A stretch of DNA of 64,000 bases. Source: Emiliania huxleyi CCMP1516. Taxonomy: Eukaryota. The stretch is taken from NCBI RefSeq assembly GCF_000372725.1, contig NW_005201269.1, forward strand, positions 62,001-126,000, written 5' to 3'. Below, one piece after another: positions 59,015 through 64,000 of this stretch; the first letter of the stretch is position 1, and the number at the start of each line of letters is the position of its first letter. Position numbers and translations under genes: made by a program. Below the pieces are notes generated by a model, which saw only the letters and a program-made list of their open reading frames with translations, had not been told where the DNA came from and did no database searches.

Positions 59015-59992
59015 GCTAGCTCTGAGGGAGGGTGTAGAGGATGTAGATAGAGAGAGTGTAGAGCGCTGTAGAGATGTAGAGATGTAGAGATGTAGAGCGC
59101 TCTGGAGCGCTGTAGAGCTGTAGAGCTCTACATCCGGCGCGTGACGATGTGAGTCCGATGTGGAGCGATGTAGAGGCGCGCTACAACGTGAAATCTCTAC
59201 AACAAACTCTACATCATATGAGCGTCATCTTGTAGTGAACAGGCCGAGTTCGCGGTTTGAGCGCCCAGCGCAGACCGACCGACCGCAGGGGGGGTCCCCG
59301 GTCGGCGGCCGCGGAAGACCGCAAACCGGAGGGGGGGTCCGGTCGGTCGGAGCGCAGACCGAGGGGGGGGGTCGGTCGGGTTGGCTCGAGGGTCACACCG
59401 CACACGCTCGCCGCAGCTGTGAATAATTTCGCGTTCCTAGAGACACCAAGCGCCCTCTCCCCGTCTAATCACTCCTTACGCCAGCCTCGTGGCACCCGAC
59501 ACGACACCGGCCCTCGCGCCTCGACGCAACACGCACGACATGATACCGTCACGGTAGTCCGGGCAAGAGCGGTCGCGACACGACGCTCACCCGCAGCGTC
59601 GCCCCGCCCGGCAGGCGGCGAACCGCTGACGAGCCCGGAGCACCAGTCTCCCTCGCCACCGCCGAGGACGGCATGACGGCCCCGACGCCGAGGACGGCTA
59701 CGACCAGTCCGGCAGCCAGCCTGACGACTCCGAGTCGGGCGACTGCGACACCGACAGCGCTCGCGACGACTCCACGAGCAAGCAGACCGGAGTCCCCCGG
59801 TGCCGCTTCTTCGCTGCCGGCTATTGCAGGCAGGGAGACAAGTGCCGCTTCGCGCACTGAGCCGCCCCATCCCCGAGCTCGGAGGGCGAGACCGAATAGG
59901 ACCGTCACTCACTCAATTTGGGGATCCTTCACGCGCTGCGCTACGCTTGGAGTCGCTCACCCCGGGATCGCTCCTTCCCTCGCTCCGGTGAT

Positions 59993-60576
59993 TGGGGAAA
60001 CTCTGAGCTCCCTCCGCGTACGCTACGCTCTCTTCGGAGAGAGCCCCAGAGTCTTACCGCGCTCCGGATCCTCTTTAGCCCATCTCTGAGAGTTAGAGTG
60101 ACTGGCTAGAGACGACGACGACGATACAGTTCATGATAAACAAACTTCAGTTTGTGCTAGTGAACTGAGGAGAAGCGGGTCGAGCCTCGGCGCAGAGGGC
60201 AGCGCCTAGCGGGCGGGAACCCTTACCCCCGCGCCCGCCGCTGCCCGCCGCTTTGTGCGCGGGACCTCCGAGCGCCACGAGGCTCTTGACACAGCTCCCG
60301 ACTAGCGTCGGCTCCTGCTCAGACAGGCGCCAATCGACCAGTTCTCAAGCGACCCACCACCATCCCTCATCTACCGCCCGATCGAATCGCATTCGTCTCT
60401 TGCGAGTTCCTCTTGCTCCAAGAGGTTCCAGAGAACGGGGAAACTCTGAGCTCCCTCCGCGTACGCTACGCTCCCTTCGGAGAGAGCCCCAGAGTCTTAC
60501 CGCGCTCCGGATCCTCTTTAGCCCATCTCTGAGAGTTAGAGTGACTGGCTAGAGACGACGACGACGATACAGTTCA
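59993..60576. mobile_element. Two 141-bp LTR-like direct repeats (59993-60133 and 60436-60576)
   Basis: The copies are near-identical. The first has TG...CA ends and a flanking TGAT 4-bp duplication. Confidence 0.55.
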
Positions 60577-61033
60577 GGTTCTTCCCTTCCGTGATTCGTT
60601 CGACTCGTGAATTGCCTCCTCGGGCCCGAGGGCAGCCCCAACTGAAGTAGGGAAATTTGGATTTTGGTCCCACTAAAAAGCACTCTATCTGTGAGTCGTC
60701 TCGTGCACGGTGTACAGCAGGCGCCAGGGCCAGCGCCAACCATAGGAAATCTCCCCTGTCTTTTCGTGCTCGACACTTTCTCTATACCTGCCGGTGCCGT
60801 GTCGCCGCCGTGTGTGTTTTTCACGCTACTCTTGTGGAGCGAGTTTGTGGCCTCGTGGGTACCACGTCACCGTATAACGTGTATATCCGCTCCTGCGACC
60901 TCGAGCGACCTGGTGCCATGTGCATGTGCATGTCAGACTGACGGGCGTGACGGCCTCTCGCGTCGAGGCTCTCGCCTCGACGCGCTTTCGTACGCACAAA
61001 GCCAGAGGTAGTGACTAACAACAGACGCACGCT

Positions 61034-61513
61034 TCAGTCGATGGGAATGGCAGTCGGCGCGGACCCCGCCCCTCCTCCGGAGGCGCTGCGGTTGGCGGGT
61101 CCACACCGCTTCACGTGTCGCTCCCTTCTCAAGGGTCCGAGGCTAGACAGGTCCTGGCCGCAGTTGAGACACCGGCCGTCCGAGCCTGTGGAAGATGGTT
61201 CGGTGGCCGGCAATGCTGTGGGAAGCGCGGCCAGGGCTGGAGCTGCTGCCCGAGGAGGCGAGGCCGGCGGCTGCGGCTTTGACGGCGGCTGCGCCGGAGA
61301 TGGCGCCGACGGCGCTGGCGTCGCTGGCGCAGGCGATGCCACGGGTACGTCGATGAGCGGCACCTTGCCAGCCAGGAGGTCTGCGAGCGACACTTTTGGC
61401 AGCTCCACCTCGCCTGAAAACTGGTGCGCATCGGCCGTCGATTCGTCATCCGTTCGCGGGCGCTTGCTGGAGCCGCTGGTGGTCTTGTGGGCACCCTTGG
61501 TATCTGACAGCAT
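61034..61513 (-). CDS. Fragment of a protein with a UBZ4-like zinc finger (SLX4/SNM1A-type)
   Basis: CLNCGQDLSSLGPLRRERHVKRC follows a Pro/Ala-rich linker. No catalytic domain is visible. Confidence 0.4.
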   Translation of the reverse strand: MLSDTKGAHKTTSGSSKRPRTDDESTADAHQFSGEVELPKVSLADLLAGKVPLIDVPVASPAPATPAPSAPSPAQPPSKPQPPASPPRAAAPALAALPTALPATEPSSTGSDGRCLNCGQDLSSLGPLRRERHVKRCGPANRSASGGGAGSAPTAIPID

Positions 61514-62157
61514 CGAGCACCTTTGGGTGTGCCGCGTGCCCACACTTGGCGCCGACGGAGGCTGCCCGCAACGCGGCTGGGCGGGGCAATCCCTCCCCTC
61601 TAGAATTCTTACGGTACAAGCCTCTCTCACAGCACACTGGCACGACAAGGGCGCGGACTGGCGCGGACTGGCACACACACCGGCTCACTCTAGAAATACC
61701 TGGGCTCGTGTGCCCTGGCCTACTCGAGTACCCGGCATGAAGAGGCTGAGGTGCGTAGGTGTCCGAGGAGGCCACCGGCCAAAAGCGCATGTCTTGAAGG
61801 TCCGATACTGGAAGCCCATATAGGCACCTTACACTCCCCCGCAGTATCGCACCTCTTGAGCGACACTACGTCTCCGCAGCTGGGGATTCTCCGGGTACCC
61901 CTCTTTTGTACCCGTGCTGGCCGGATTCCTCCTCCGAACAACTCAAGTTCGATCGGCCCCAGTCTCGAACTGGCAGCCACTATCTCACCGGAGGTACCAT
62001 GTAGGAATCCCACCTCCGCGCGCTGTGCGCTCGTCGCTACCGTACTGTGCTGTATGAATGGTTGGGCAAGTGTGAACAACACCTCGTGACCACGGCGCCG
62101 CAGGCGCCTGTTGATGGGTCCAGGTGATAGCCCCGGATGAGCAATGCATACGCCTAG

Positions 62158-62408
62158 TTGGGCCTCAGATCGCCCGACCGCGTCCCGGTGCTCTGTGGTC
62201 GGATTTGTGACGCCGCCGCACCGCGCCGCGGCCGGGGGCCCTCCGGAGGCCGAGGATGGCCGTGGCGGACCGGGACGAGCTCTGGGAGGTGGAGTGTCAG
62301 TGAGTATATTGTAGAGACCAACCATGTGCACAATATCTCTCAGTCTAGCTAAGCCTGGGAAGGCGATGCCGGGGCCGTACAGCAGCTTGATGGTGCTTCG
62401 CCGGCGTG
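62158..62408 (-). repeat. Repeat family B copy
   Basis: Reverse complement of 3474-3732. Confidence 0.85.
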
Positions 62409-62908
62409 CGTCCCGGAGCGGTGCCGGACGGGCGGTCCGTGGGAGGAAAACGAGGGACAGCGCCGACGGCGCTCTGATTCGACTTTTTACTTCAAACAAA
62501 GACAGTCGCACGCGCCGCAGCGCGGCGCGTGCGACTGTCAGGAGCGGATCCGTCAGTTAGTCGTGTTCACGCCGGGATCGTGTCCCTCACAACTTGCCCA
62601 ACCATTCATACAGCACAGTATGAAAGGTTGAGGTGCGTAGGGATCCAAGAGTGCATGCTTCTGTGGACACACAATATCGAGAAGAAAATCGGTTGGGAGG
62701 CTGTGAACCTCCCCAGGGCCTCCAGGGCTCGCACCTTAACCTCTCATAGACCAGCGCGCAGCGCCACGGCGTATTTCTTCTCAATAACACGGCGTGAATT
62801 TCCGTAGGGATCCTTTCGCGCGGCGGCACGCAGTCGCAGAGTCGCAGAGCCCGGCCCCGTCTCGCTCTCGCGCGCGTCGCACGCACGCGCGCGACGTGAC
62901 ATGTCCCC

Positions 62909-63810
62909 TCAAAAGATCCTCCCTCGTACAGCGAACGACGCCGACCCGTCCTCGAAGTCGCACACACAAAAAAAACCCCTCCCCCCATCGGCACCAGTCC
63001 GTTGGCAACCATCGCCAGGTAGAGCACCACCAGCTTCGGTTGGATAGGAATCGCCTTCCCTCCGCTCCCAATCCAAAGGCAAATTGTGCCGCCAGCCGCA
63101 CGACGGATAGAAGCACTGCACAAAGGTGGCAAATGTGGCCAGCCACGACACAAACTGCGGGTAGTTCGACCTCGCCTTCGACGAGATGGCCAGCATGCCC
63201 TGCTTCAACGCCACGTCATTCACCAGCCCCGCGTGCGCGTCCGTCACCGTGAGTCCGTCGGCGCCGTCCTTCTTGTACATCTCGATTGCCGACGCCGCCA
63301 TCTCCAGGCCCTCCACAACCTGCGCGGCAGTGCCCGCGCCGGTCTGGGGCTTCCGCTGCTCGCGCCGCTGCACCATCTGCCAATCTTTGCCCCCGCGTCG
63401 AGAATCGAAGATGCTCGCGTACATGGCGGTGGTGCCCTTCACCGGCGCTCCCGCGACCTCGTTCGCCCTGATGGCCGCCTCGTCGAAGGCTCCCCGCTCC
63501 TTCGCGGCCTGCTGCGCCCGCACCACCTCCATCGCGTTCGCCGTCTGCGAGTTGAGCTTCGCCACCTTCGCCTTCCTCTCCCGCCCCGCCGCCGCCTCCC
63601 GGTCCTCGCGGCGGTCCGCCAGTGGGTCGTCGCCGGCGTCGTCAGCCACGATCATGGCCGTGACGGCCTCGCCCGCCATATGTCGATTCTCGGCCTGTCG
63701 ATCGCGCGTCCCAAAAGTCGCCAAAAGTGGCGGCGAGTCGCAAATCCCGCCCGCCGTCCCGGCGGTCCCGCAGCTCGCGCGCACATCCCCCTCTTAAAAC
63801 CCACCTCTAA
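62909..63810 (-). mobile_element. Second copy of the unknown ORF-bearing element (ORF from ATG 63679), truncated
   Basis: The upstream sequence and the protein are paralogous to 11900-12505. Confidence 0.55.
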
Positions 63811-64000
63811 CATCTCTATAAGGGATCCCTAGTGCGAGCCCTGGAGGCCCTGGGGATGGGGGGACTTCACAGATAGGTTGATAAAAAACAAGAAGTCCAA
63901 ATCGTGAGAGGCGGACCTAAGGAAGGTCCTACATCTCTTCACATCCTCTCTGCGGAAAGAGAACGCTATGTTGTTTTCTTTGTTTTTTCACATCGGCTCC

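Overview
This is GC-rich, intron-containing eukaryotic DNA with three 100-N gaps. Frequent GC-AG introns filled with 10-11-nt tandem repeats suggest a haptophyte such as Emiliania/Gephyrocapsa huxleyi (inference). Recognisable genes: an L-domain repeat protein, a frameshifted STAS/SEC14-like gene, a GPR155/LYCHOS-like PIN-transporter-GPCR fusion, a CEHG Cys-repeat protein, a TDRD3/RMI1-like protein, an intronless ankyrin-kinase-HEPN-like protein, a methyltransferase fragment, alpha-actinin, a 2OG-Fe(II) oxygenase, biuret hydrolase (BiuH), an F-box/RCC1 protein, a truncated and internally deleted HYDIN, and a Pro-rich membrane protein. These lie among many non-autonomous TIR transposons, short dispersed repeats, an RLE-type LINE remnant and LTR-like repeats. 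The best candidate for a new system is the 1210-aa protein at 20142-23774 (-): hypervariable ankyrin repeats, an IRAK/Pelle-type kinase and a C-terminal HEPN/DUF4145-like domain, which is the RNase L sensor-kinase-nuclease layout built from different parts. Also notable are introns that appear to have arisen by duplication of AG|GC exon sequence, a LYCHOS-like protein with a WH2-like tail, and TIR elements sitting within about 55 bp of three start codons. All family assignments come from motif recognition by eye; no searches were run.
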